Shown piece by piece: positions 9,837-18,739 of a DNA stretch of 64,000 bases. The notes below the pieces were generated by a model, which searched no databases, was not told the origin of the DNA, and saw only the letters and a list, made by a program, of their open reading frames with translations. How positions within the stretch are numbered: position 1 is the first letter of the stretch; every line of letters starts with the position of its first letter. Source of the DNA: Candidatus Tepidifontimicrobium thermophilum (GTDB lineage Bacteria; Sysuimicrobiota; Sysuimicrobiia; Sysuimicrobiales; Sysuimicrobiaceae); assembly GCA_031459915.1 (NCBI GenBank), contig JAVKHO010000010.1:32001-96000 (forward strand), read 5' to 3'. A program made the position numbers and the translations under genes.

Positions 9837-11324
9837 GTGGAGGGAACTGTACCGCAGGACCTGCGGGAGTGGCTCCACCGGGTGGCAGAAGCGGGCGAGC
9901 TGGCGGTGGTGGACGCGGAGGTGGACTGGGACCAGGAGATGGCCGCCATCACCTACCTGTGGGCCCGGCGGCCCGGTGCACCGGCCCTGTTGTTCCGCCG
10001 GGTCCGCGGCTACCGGGACCGCGCCAGCTGCCTGTGGAACCTCCTGGGCTCCAGCCTGCGGCGCATGGCCATCACCCTGGGCGCACCGTTGGACAGCACC
10101 GCCCTGGACCTGGTGCGCCACGCCCGCCAGCTGTTCCGCCGCAAGATCCCTCCGGTGTGGGTGGACCCGCAGCAGGCCCCGGTGTACGAGAACCAGCGGG
10201 TGGGCGAGGAGGTGGATGTCCTGAGCCTGCCGGTGCCCAAGCACTGGCCCCGGGACGGCGGCCGCTACGGCGGCACCTTCGACGTGGTCCTCACCCGGGA
10301 CCCGGAAGCCGGGTGGGTCAACGTGGGCACCTACCGCATGATGGTGCACGACCGCAACCACGTGGGCCTGTACGTGTCCCCGGGTAAGGACGCGCGGCTG
10401 CACATCGAGCGGGCGTGGCAACGTGGGGAGGCCGTGGAGGTGGTGGCCTGCTGGGGCGTGCCTCCCGCGTGGCTGGCGGTCTCCTCCCAGGGGTTTCCGA
10501 AGACGGAGTCGGAGCTGGACTACATCGGCGGGGTGCTGGGCCGTCCCTTGGAGCTGGTGCCCGGCCGCACCACCTCGCTGCCGGTCCCCGCGCGGGCGGA
10601 GGTGGCGCTGGAGGGGGTGATCCGCCCCGGCGCCACCCGGCTGGAGGGACCGTTCGGGGAGTTCACGGGGTACTACGGCCGGCCGGAGGACCAGGCCTTC
10701 CTGGTGGAGGTCACCGCGCTGCACCACCGCCACCGGCCCATCCTCACCAACGCCCTGATGGCCGACTACCCGTCCAACGAGCAGGCGGTGCTGTTCGCGG
10801 TAGCCCGGTCTGCCCGCATCTGGGAGGACCTGGAGCGTCTGGGTGTACCCGGGATCCGCGGGGTCTGGGCGCACCCCGCGGCCGCGGGCGGCTTCGGGGT
10901 CACCGTGGTGTCCCTGGAGCAGCGGTACGCGGGCCACGCGCCGCAGGTGCTGGCGCTGGCGGCCCAGTGCCCGGGCGGGGCCTACTACACCAAGTGGGTC
11001 ATCGCGGTGGACGAGGACGTGGACCCCTCGGACACCGACCAGGTCCTGTGGGCGCTGTCCACCCGCTGCAACCCCGCGGAGGACATCGACATCCTGCGGC
11101 AGACCTGGTCCACGTGGCTGGACCCCACGCAGAACCCGCCGGAGGAGCGTCCGTACGGGTCCAAGGCCCTGATCAACGCCTGCAAGGAGCACCGCTACCT
11201 GCACCAGTTCGCGCCGCGCACCCGGCTGGCCCGCAGCGTGTACGAGCGGGTACGGAGCCGGTGGGCGGAGCTCGGGCTCGGAGGCCAGCCGCCCTCGGTG
11301 GTGTCCTTAGAGGAGGACCGCTAG
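9837..11324 (+). CDS. UbiD-family (de)carboxylase, paralog 2
   Basis: DLREWL, NVGTYRM, EGPFGEFTGYY, VDEDVDP, VLWALSTR. Confidence 0.9.
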   Translation: MEGTVPQDLREWLHRVAEAGELAVVDAEVDWDQEMAAITYLWARRPGAPALLFRRVRGYRDRASCLWNLLGSSLRRMAITLGAPLDSTALDLVRHARQLFRRKIPPVWVDPQQAPVYENQRVGEEVDVLSLPVPKHWPRDGGRYGGTFDVVLTRDPEAGWVNVGTYRMMVHDRNHVGLYVSPGKDARLHIERAWQRGEAVEVVACWGVPPAWLAVSSQGFPKTESELDYIGGVLGRPLELVPGRTTSLPVPARAEVALEGVIRPGATRLEGPFGEFTGYYGRPEDQAFLVEVTALHHRHRPILTNALMADYPSNEQAVLFAVARSARIWEDLERLGVPGIRGVWAHPAAAGGFGVTVVSLEQRYAGHAPQVLALAAQCPGGAYYTKWVIAVDEDVDPSDTDQVLWALSTRCNPAEDIDILRQTWSTWLDPTQNPPEERPYGSKALINACKEHRYLHQFAPRTRLARSVYERVRSRWAELGLGGQPPSVVSLEEDR

Positions 11325-11836
11325 TGGACCCCGGCGGGCTGCGCGAGAAGGTGCGCGCCTACTTGGGCGCCCATCGGGTCCTGGTCCTGTGTACCCACGG
11401 CCCCGAGGGTCCCTGGGCGAGCCCCGTGTACTACGCCTCGGACTCCAGCCTGTCCCTGTACTTCTTCTCCGACCCCGAAACCCGACACGGCCGCAACCTG
11501 GCCCGGAGGGGATGGGCCAGCGGCGCGGTCACGGAGGAGTACGAGCGCTGGGAGGAGATCCAGGGCGTCCAGCTGGAGGGGCCCGTGGACGTGCTCACGG
11601 GGCCGGAGCGGGAGGAAGCCCTGCGCGTGTACCTGTGCAAGTACCCGTGGGCCCGGGCCTTCCTCTCGCCCGACGGCGCGTTCTTCGCCGCGGTGGGGAA
11701 CAAGGTGGCGCTGTACCGCCTGCGGCCGGTCCGCGTGGGGTTCACCGATAACCGACAGGGTTTCGGACACCGCGACTGGTTGGAGTTCTCGGAGTCGACC
11801 ACACCAGAGGGGAGGAGTGAGGGACCATGGCTGTGA
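11324..11836 (+). CDS. Pyridoxamine 5'-phosphate oxidase-like (split-barrel, YhbP-like) flavin-binding protein
   Basis: GPWASPVYY, LYFFSDPETRHGRN, IQGVQLEG, FTDNRQGFGHR; overlaps the neighbouring ubiD genes at both ends. Confidence 0.8.
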   Translation: MDPGGLREKVRAYLGAHRVLVLCTHGPEGPWASPVYYASDSSLSLYFFSDPETRHGRNLARRGWASGAVTEEYERWEEIQGVQLEGPVDVLTGPEREEALRVYLCKYPWARAFLSPDGAFFAAVGNKVALYRLRPVRVGFTDNRQGFGHRDWLEFSESTTPEGRSEGPWL

Positions 11837-13278
11837 CGGTGCCGAAGACCGCGGGCTCCCTGGACGCGCGCGACTGGCTCCGCCAGGTGGAGGCGCTGGG
11901 CGAGCTGCAGGTGGTACGGGGGGCGTCCTGGGATCTGGAGATCGGGGTAATCACCGAGGAGGTGCAGAAGCGCCGGAACCCGCCGGGGCCGGCGGTACTG
12001 TTCGACGAAGTCCCTGGGTATCCCGCCGGGTACCGGGTGTTGGTGAACACCCTGGGTTCCCCGCGGCGCCTGGCCCTGACCCTCGGCCTGCCGACGGACG
12101 CCACCGACCGGGAGCTGGTGTCCCTGTGGCGCAAGCGGAGCCGGGAGATCCAGCCGATCCCGCCCGTGGAGGTGCCGGATGGCCCGGTCCTGGAGAACGT
12201 GCTGGAGGGGGACGCGGTGGACCTGCTGCGGTTCCCCGTGCCCCGGTGGCACGAGCGCGACGGCGGGCGGTACATCGGCACCGGCAGCGTGAACATCACC
12301 CGGGACCCCGACGACGGCACCCTGAACGCCGGCACCTACCGCGTCATGGTCCGCGACGCGAGGAGCGCGTTTTTCTACGTCTCACCGGGCAAGCACGGCC
12401 GGATCCACCGGGACAAGTACTTCAGCCGGGGCGAGCCCTGCCCCGTGGTGGTGTGCGCGGGCCACCACCCCCTGGTGTTCCTGGCGGGGAGCCTGGAGCT
12501 CCCCTACGGGCTCAACGAACTGGCTTGGGTGGGCGGGGTGGTGGGCGAGCCGGTGAAGGTGGTGCGGGGGCGGTACACGGGGCTGCCGTTCCCGGCGGAG
12601 GCGGAGATCGCCTTCGAGGGCTTCGCCTACCCGGACCGGTTCGAGCCGGAGGGGCCCTTCGGCGAGTGGACGGGCTACTATGCGTCCTCCGCCCGGCCCG
12701 AGCCGTGGATCGAGGTGAAGGCCGTCTACCACCGCAACGACCCCATCCTCCTGGGATCCCCGCCCGGGAAGCCGCCCACGGAGCTCACGTACTACCGCGC
12801 GGTGTTGCGGTCCGCCCTCATCGAGGAAGCCCTGGAGAAGGCCGGGGTGCCGGACGTGACGGGCGTGTGGTGCCACGAGGCGGGCGGGTCCCGGCTGCTG
12901 GTGGTGGTGGGCGTCCGGCAGCGCTACGCAGGCCACGCCAAGCAGGCAGCCCTGGCGGCGCTGAGCTCGCACCCCGGCAACTACCTGGGCCGCTACGTGG
13001 TGGTGGTGGACGAGGACGTGGACGTCACCGACCTGCAGGAGGTCATGTGGGCGGTGTGCACCCGCTCGGACCCCGAGGAGTCCATCGACATCGTGCGGCG
13101 CTGCTGGAGCGGTCCTTTGGACCCCCGCATCCCTCCGGACCGCAAGGGGTTCAACTCCCGCGCGGTGATCGACGCCACCCGTCCCTTCGAGTGGAAGGAC
13201 CGGTTCCCGCCCGTGGCCTGCTCCAGCCCCGAAGTCCGGGAGCGGGTGCTGGCCAAGTGGGCGGAGGTCCTGCGGTAG
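11827..13278 (+). CDS. UbiD-family (de)carboxylase, paralog 3
   Basis: DGGRYIGT, NAGTYRV, EGPFGEWTGYY, VVDEDVD, VMWAVCTR, IDATRP. Confidence 0.9.
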   Translation: MAVTVPKTAGSLDARDWLRQVEALGELQVVRGASWDLEIGVITEEVQKRRNPPGPAVLFDEVPGYPAGYRVLVNTLGSPRRLALTLGLPTDATDRELVSLWRKRSREIQPIPPVEVPDGPVLENVLEGDAVDLLRFPVPRWHERDGGRYIGTGSVNITRDPDDGTLNAGTYRVMVRDARSAFFYVSPGKHGRIHRDKYFSRGEPCPVVVCAGHHPLVFLAGSLELPYGLNELAWVGGVVGEPVKVVRGRYTGLPFPAEAEIAFEGFAYPDRFEPEGPFGEWTGYYASSARPEPWIEVKAVYHRNDPILLGSPPGKPPTELTYYRAVLRSALIEEALEKAGVPDVTGVWCHEAGGSRLLVVVGVRQRYAGHAKQAALAALSSHPGNYLGRYVVVVDEDVDVTDLQEVMWAVCTRSDPEESIDIVRRCWSGPLDPRIPPDRKGFNSRAVIDATRPFEWKDRFPPVACSSPEVRERVLAKWAEVLR

Positions 13279-13285
13279 GGCAGCC

Positions 13286-14689
13286 ATGCCGGCGGACATG
13301 CGCACGTGGATCGCCCAGCTGGAGGAGGCTGGGGAACTGGTGCGGGTGCGCAGGCCCGTGGACCCCCGCACGGAGATGGGAGCTGTGCTGTACCAGTCCC
13401 GGGAGAAAGCCCTGCTGTTCGAGAACCTGGTAGGCTACCCGGGGTGGCGCAGCCTGGGCATGGCGCCCGCGAACCTGCGTCACGCGGCGCTGGCGTACGG
13501 CACCTCCCTGCAGCGCCTCACCCCCACCGCGGCCGAGCGGTCTCAGCGCCGGATCCCCACGCAGCGGGTAGCCTCCGGCCCCGTGAAGGAGGTGGTGTGG
13601 AAGGGCACGGAGGCGGACGTGACCCGGCTGCCCGTGCACGTCAACGGCAGCGAGGAGCCGCCCTACATCGCCTCGGGCCTGGTCGTCTGCCGGGATCCGG
13701 CCACGGGCAAGCGCAACGTGGCCTTCCACCGCCTGCAGGTGAAGGGCCCGCGCAAGCTGGGGATCCTCATGGTGCCGCGGCACACCCGCCGGATCTACGA
13801 CGCGTACGAGGCCGCGGGCGAGGCGATGCCCGTGGCCATCTACATCGGCCACCACCCGCTGCACTATATGGCGGCCGCCACCAGCGGGCCCTTCGAGATG
13901 GACGAGCTGGAACTGGCGGGCGGCCTGCTGGGCGAGCCGGTCCAGGTGGTCCGGTGCGAGACCAACGACCTGGAGGTCCCCGCGGACGCGGAGATCGTGC
14001 TGGAGGGGAAGGTCCTGCCCCACGTGCGGGAGCCGGAAGGGCCGTTTTCGGAGTTCCACGACTACTACGTGGCGGGGATGGGCCACAACCCCGTGGTGGA
14101 GGTGGACTGCATCACCCTGCGGCAGGACGCCATCTACAAGGCGGTGCAGAACGGGTCGGAGGTCGAGGGCTGCGTGTTCCACAAGGTGCCCCTGGCGGCG
14201 AGCATCTACAACCACATCCGGAGCATCGCCGGACACGTGGACCTGCACAACGTGGTGGTGCTGCCCGGGATCTTCGGGGTGGTGGTGCAGATGACGCCCC
14301 GCTTCTGGGGCGAGGCCAAGCAGGTCCTCATGGGCGTGCTCAGTGGCCCCGTGCTGCACCCCAAGGTCGCCATCGCGGTGGACGAGGACGTGGACCCTTA
14401 CCAGCCCTGGGAGGTCCTGTGGGCTGTCAACACCCGCTGCAACCCCGAGACGGACGTGGTGGTGGTCCCCGGCGTACGGGCACACCCCATGGACCCCTCC
14501 GCGCGGGAGCTGGTGCCTCCCGGCGGCCCGTACTGGAACCGGGTGGGCGGCAAGCTCCTCATCGACGCCACGAAGCCACCCTTGTGCGCGGGGGACGAGG
14601 CGCGCAGGCCCTTCCAGCGGCTGAGGCCCATGGGCTGGGACCGGGTGCGCCTGGAGGACTTTCTCCCCGCGGTCGGGTGTAGGACCTAG
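13286..14689 (+). CDS. UbiD-family (de)carboxylase, paralog 4
   Basis: NVAFHRLQV, VPADAEIVLEG, EGPFSEFHDYY, VDEDVDP, IDATKP. Confidence 0.9.
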   Translation: MPADMRTWIAQLEEAGELVRVRRPVDPRTEMGAVLYQSREKALLFENLVGYPGWRSLGMAPANLRHAALAYGTSLQRLTPTAAERSQRRIPTQRVASGPVKEVVWKGTEADVTRLPVHVNGSEEPPYIASGLVVCRDPATGKRNVAFHRLQVKGPRKLGILMVPRHTRRIYDAYEAAGEAMPVAIYIGHHPLHYMAAATSGPFEMDELELAGGLLGEPVQVVRCETNDLEVPADAEIVLEGKVLPHVREPEGPFSEFHDYYVAGMGHNPVVEVDCITLRQDAIYKAVQNGSEVEGCVFHKVPLAASIYNHIRSIAGHVDLHNVVVLPGIFGVVVQMTPRFWGEAKQVLMGVLSGPVLHPKVAIAVDEDVDPYQPWEVLWAVNTRCNPETDVVVVPGVRAHPMDPSARELVPPGGPYWNRVGGKLLIDATKPPLCAGDEARRPFQRLRPMGWDRVRLEDFLPAVGCRT

Positions 14690-14743
14690 GTCATCCGGCC
14701 CGCGCCGGATTGCCGGAGGACTAGGCCAGAGGTACGAAGGGAC

Positions 14744-14760
14744 TAGACTGACCGGTCAGT
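14744..14760. promoter_or_regulatory. Palindromic operator upstream of the hcr-like operon
   Basis: TAGACTGACCGGTCAG(T); contains the perfect 14-bp palindrome ACTGACCGGTCAGT; same motif family as sites at 24120, 41138, 41210, 41241, 49195. Confidence 0.65.
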
Positions 14761-14776
14761 TCAACGGGAGGGTGGG

Positions 14777-15256
14777 ATGGAGCGTGCGGTCCGGCTGAAG
14801 GTGAACGGACAGGAACACCGGGTCCTGGTACCTCCCCACCGCACGCTCCTGGAGGTGCTGCGGGAGGACCTGGGGCTGGTGGGGACCAAGCACGGCTGCG
14901 AGCTGGGGGAGTGCGGGGTCTGCACCGTGCTGGTGGACGGGGAGCCCGCGCTCTCGTGCCTGGTGCTGGCTCACGAGGTCGAAGGCCACGAGGTCACCAC
15001 CGTCGAGGGGCTCGCCACAGACGGCCAGCTGCACCCGGTGCAACGGGCCTTCGTGGAAAGCGGGGCCCTGCAGTGCGGCTACTGCACGCCCGCCATGGTG
15101 CTGGTCACCAAAGCGCTGCTGGACCGTGTCCCCGAGCCGTCCGGCGAGCAGGTGCGGGAGGCGGTGGCGGGCGTGTTCTGCCGCTGCACCGGCTACGTGA
15201 AGATCCTGGAAGCGGTGCAGGCCGCGGCGCGGCGGCTCCGTGAGGCGAGGGCGTAG
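14777..15256 (+). CDS. hcrC: 4-hydroxybenzoyl-CoA reductase-like gamma subunit (2x[2Fe-2S])
   Basis: GTKHGCELGECGVC, QCGYCTP, CRCTGY. Confidence 0.8.
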   Translation: MERAVRLKVNGQEHRVLVPPHRTLLEVLREDLGLVGTKHGCELGECGVCTVLVDGEPALSCLVLAHEVEGHEVTTVEGLATDGQLHPVQRAFVESGALQCGYCTPAMVLVTKALLDRVPEPSGEQVREAVAGVFCRCTGYVKILEAVQAAARRLREARA

Positions 15257-15258
15257 GG

Positions 15259-17667
15259 ATGCGGGTGCTGGAGGAGCGGGAACGCGTGTTCAGCGTGGTG
15301 GGCCAGCGCCTGCCGCGGGTGGACGGCTGGGCGAAGGTCTCTGGCCGCGCCCAGTACACCGACGACCTCACCCTTCCGGGCATGCTGTTCGGCAAGCTGG
15401 TGCGCAGCACCCACGCCCACGCGAGGCTCGTGTCGGTCAGGCTGGAGCGCGCCCTCAAGGTTCCCGGGGTGGTGGCGGCCATCACGGGCCGGGACGTGCC
15501 GGTTCGCTACAGCGTGTTCCCCGTGGGGCAGGACGAGACCGCGCTGGCGGTGGACCGGGTGCGGTACGTGGGGGAGCCGGTGGCCGCCCTGGCGGCGGTG
15601 GACCCGTACACCGCTGAGGAAGCAGCGCGCCTGGTGGAGGTGGAGTACGAACCGCTGCCGGCCCGCATGGACCTTGAGGAGGCCCTGCGGAACCCGGAGC
15701 CCCGCATCCACGACTCCGGACCGTTCGGCAACGTCCACCGGCTCGCGTCGTTGGAGTTCGGCGACGTGGAGGCGGGCTTCGCGGAAGCCGACCACGTGCG
15801 GGAGGACCTGTTCTTCTACGGAGGCAACACCCACGCGCCCCTGGAGCCGCACAGCGCTCTGGCCTGGTGGGACCCGGGGGCGCGGAAGCTCACCGTGTGG
15901 ACGTCCCACCAGGGGCCCCACTACCTGCACCGGGGACTGGCCAGAGCCCTGGGCCTGGAGGAGCACCAGGTACGGGTCGTGGTGCCTGCGGTGGGCGGAG
16001 GGTTTGGCGGCAAGCTGGACATCTTCCACCACGAGGTGTGTGCCGCCAAGCTCAGCATGCTCACGGGCCGGCCCGTGAAGATCACCCTCACGAGGGAGGA
16101 GGTGTTCTACGCGCACCGGGGAAGGCACCCGGAGCTGCTGCGGATCCGGACCGGGGTGAAGCGGGACGGCCGTATCGTCGCCATGCACGTGGAAGCCTAC
16201 CTGGACGGTGGCGCCTACTGCTCCTTCGGTCCCGCCACCCTGTTGTACGCGGGGACCCAGCAGCCGGTTACCTACCGGATCCCCCACTACCGGTTCCAGG
16301 GGGTCCGGGTGTTCACCAACAAGCCGCCGTGTGGCCCCAAGCGCGGCCACGGCACCCCGCAGGCGCGCTGCGCCCTGGAGGTGCACCTGGACAAGCTGAG
16401 CGAGGATCTGGGCCTGGACCCCGTGGAGCTGCGGCTGCGCAACCTCACAGGGCCCAACGAGCTCACGGTGAACTGGCTGGAGATCACCAGCAACGGGCTG
16501 CGGGCGTGCATCGAGAAGGTGGTGGAGGCCAGCGGGTGGCGCCAGCGGCGGGGCCGGCTGCCCTACGGGCGGGGGCTGGGGTTCGCGTGCAGCGCGTACC
16601 TCACGGGCGCGGGCGGGTCCATCTACTACAGCGACATGCCCCACTCCGAGGTCCACCTGCGGGTGGACCGCTCGGGCGGGGTGACGGTGTACACCATGGC
16701 CACGGAGATCGGGCAGGGGTCGGCCACCGCGGTGGCCACCATCGTGGCGGAGGTCCTGGGATTGCAGCCTCAGGACATCAGCCTGGTGACCTCCGACACG
16801 GATCTCACCCCCATCGACCTCGGCAGCTACAGCAGCCGGGTGACCCTCATGGTGGGGAACGCGGCGTACGAGGCCGCCTGTCGGGCGCGCGACCTCCTGC
16901 TCGACGCGGTGGCCGAACGCCTGCAGGTGCCCCGCAGCCGCCTCGTGGCACAGTCCCGGCGGATCTTCGACCGGGCGACCCCGGAAGTGGGTGCCTCCTT
17001 CGCCCAGGCGGCGCAGTGGGCCGAGGCCAGGTTCGGGTGCCTGGCGACCTCCGGCAGCTACCGGCCCCCGCAGAAGCTGGGGACGTACAAGGGCTCCGGG
17101 GTGGGACCCTCGCCCGCCTACACCTTCTCGGCGTGCGTGGCAGAAGTGCAGGCGGACCCGGAGACCGGAGAGGTGAAGGTGGAACGGGTGTGGGTGGCCC
17201 ACGACATCGGCCGCGCCCTCAACCCGGTTCTGGTGGAGGGGCAGGTGGAGGGCAGCGTGCACATGGCCTTGGGCGAGGCCCTGATGGAGGAGCAGGCGTT
17301 CCGCAAGGAGTTACACCGTGGCCCGTCCTGGCTGGACTACAAGGTGCCCACCGTGTACGAGATGCCGGAGGTGATCACCTTCCTGGTCGAGACCGACGAG
17401 CCCCGGGCCCCCTTTAGCGCCAAGGAGGTGGGCCAGGGTCCTTTGCTGTGCGTGGTACCCGCCATCCTCAACGCCATCGCGGACGCGTTGGAGGTGCGGG
17501 TGGACGAAGTTCCCGCTACGCCCGAGAAGGTGCTCAAGGCTTTGGAGGAACAGCGCAAGGGGCGGACGGGCCGCGTGGGCCCGACCAAGGTGCCGCCGTT
17601 CTCCTTCCCGCCTCCGGAGCGGGTGCCGCGTCCGCAGAGCTGGGAGGAGGCAGCGCAGCCCGCGTAG
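15259..17667 (+). CDS. hcrA: 4-hydroxybenzoyl-CoA reductase-like alpha (molybdopterin) subunit
   Basis: XOR-family GGGFGGK, RGHG, EIGQGS, DLGSYSSRVTLMVGNA, VEGQVEG; adjacent beta subunit carries the HCR-specific Cys insert. Confidence 0.75.
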   Translation: MRVLEERERVFSVVGQRLPRVDGWAKVSGRAQYTDDLTLPGMLFGKLVRSTHAHARLVSVRLERALKVPGVVAAITGRDVPVRYSVFPVGQDETALAVDRVRYVGEPVAALAAVDPYTAEEAARLVEVEYEPLPARMDLEEALRNPEPRIHDSGPFGNVHRLASLEFGDVEAGFAEADHVREDLFFYGGNTHAPLEPHSALAWWDPGARKLTVWTSHQGPHYLHRGLARALGLEEHQVRVVVPAVGGGFGGKLDIFHHEVCAAKLSMLTGRPVKITLTREEVFYAHRGRHPELLRIRTGVKRDGRIVAMHVEAYLDGGAYCSFGPATLLYAGTQQPVTYRIPHYRFQGVRVFTNKPPCGPKRGHGTPQARCALEVHLDKLSEDLGLDPVELRLRNLTGPNELTVNWLEITSNGLRACIEKVVEASGWRQRRGRLPYGRGLGFACSAYLTGAGGSIYYSDMPHSEVHLRVDRSGGVTVYTMATEIGQGSATAVATIVAEVLGLQPQDISLVTSDTDLTPIDLGSYSSRVTLMVGNAAYEAACRARDLLLDAVAERLQVPRSRLVAQSRRIFDRATPEVGASFAQAAQWAEARFGCLATSGSYRPPQKLGTYKGSGVGPSPAYTFSACVAEVQADPETGEVKVERVWVAHDIGRALNPVLVEGQVEGSVHMALGEALMEEQAFRKELHRGPSWLDYKVPTVYEMPEVITFLVETDEPRAPFSAKEVGQGPLLCVVPAILNAIADALEVRVDEVPATPEKVLKALEEQRKGRTGRVGPTKVPPFSFPPPERVPRPQSWEEAAQPA

Positions 17668-17678
17668 GGGGGAGCCGG

Positions 17679-18680
17679 ATGCTGCGCCTGCCCGCTTTCC
17701 AGTTGCTCCGGCCCGCCACGGTGGCGGAAGCCACACGCATGCTGGCGGAGCTGGGGCCGCAGGCGGCACCGCTGGCGGGCGGGACCGACCTGCTGCCGAA
17801 GATGAAACGCCGCCAGCTGCAGCCCAGGTACCTGGTGAGCCTCCGTGGGCTGCGGGAGCTGCGGGGCTGGTCCGGCAGTCCGGAACAGGGTCTGGTGCTG
17901 CGCGCGGGCTGCACCCTGGCCGAGGTAGCGGCGCAGCCCGCGGTGCGGTCCGCGTACCGTGCCCTGGCGGAGGCGGTGGCGGTGTGCTCGAACCCCATCC
18001 TGCACCGCATGGGCACCCTGGGCGGGAACCTGTGCCTGGACACCCGGTGCACCTACTACGACCAGACGGAGCACTGGCGCCAAGCCCTGGGCTGGTGCAT
18101 GAAGGCACCCGGCCCCCGCACCCCGGAGGAAGTGCCCTGTCGCGTGGCGCCGGGCGGAAGCAGGTGCTGGGCGGTCAGCGCGGGCGACGGGGCTCCGGCG
18201 CTGATCGCGCTGGGCGCGAAGGTGCGGCTGGTGGGCGCCCGGGGGGAGCGGGTCCTGCCCCTGGAGGACCTGTACCGGGACGACGGCATCCGCTACCTGG
18301 ACAAGTCGCCTGATGAGCTGGTGGTGGAGGTCCTGCTCCCGCCCGCGGACGGCCTGCGCAGCACCTACCGCAAGGTGCGGCGACGGGGTTCGTTGGACTT
18401 CGCCGCCCTGGGCGTCGCGGCGGCCGTGCGACAGGACCCGGACGGGACCGTGACATCCTGCCGGCTGGTACTGGGAGGGGTGGCCTCCCGGCCCCTCGTG
18501 CTGGAGGAAGTCGCGTCCCTGCTGGTGGGGCAGCGGCTGGAGCAGGAGGTCCTGGAACGGGTGAGCGAGGCCGTGTACCGGGCCGTGCACCCTATGGACA
18601 ACACCGACTTCACGGTCCTGTATCGCAGGCGCACCGCACCCGTGCACGTACGCCGCGCCCTGGAGGCGTTGGCCTCCTAG
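17679..18680 (+). CDS. hcrB: 4-hydroxybenzoyl-CoA reductase-like beta subunit (FAD + [4Fe-4S])
   Basis: AGGTDL, TLGGNLCLDTRC..YYDQTEHWR..GWC..C..RC four-Cys insert typical of HcrB/HbaD; RGSLDF. Confidence 0.8.
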   Translation: MLRLPAFQLLRPATVAEATRMLAELGPQAAPLAGGTDLLPKMKRRQLQPRYLVSLRGLRELRGWSGSPEQGLVLRAGCTLAEVAAQPAVRSAYRALAEAVAVCSNPILHRMGTLGGNLCLDTRCTYYDQTEHWRQALGWCMKAPGPRTPEEVPCRVAPGGSRCWAVSAGDGAPALIALGAKVRLVGARGERVLPLEDLYRDDGIRYLDKSPDELVVEVLLPPADGLRSTYRKVRRRGSLDFAALGVAAAVRQDPDGTVTSCRLVLGGVASRPLVLEEVASLLVGQRLEQEVLERVSEAVYRAVHPMDNTDFTVLYRRRTAPVHVRRALEALAS

Positions 18681-18739
18681 GGGGTGTCCGTGAGGGCCGC
18701 AGTGGGTGCGGAGGCGGTGGGGCAGGAGGTCTAGGTAAA

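Noticed and set aside
9837..14689. Phenylphosphate carboxylase (anaerobic phenol) or ubiquinone/menaquinone UbiD
   Set aside because: No phenylphosphate synthase, ppcD-like phosphatase, ubiA or mqn genes nearby; cannot be supported from the sequence
14718..14749. Direct repeat GGACTAGGCC/GGACTAGACT 22 bp apart upstream of hcrC
   Set aside because: Could be a second regulator site, but two short imperfect copies are too weak to call
14777..18680. Xanthine dehydrogenase or aerobic CO dehydrogenase
   Set aside because: No AYxCSFR CoxL motif; the beta subunit has the HCR-type Cys insert and the context is aromatic
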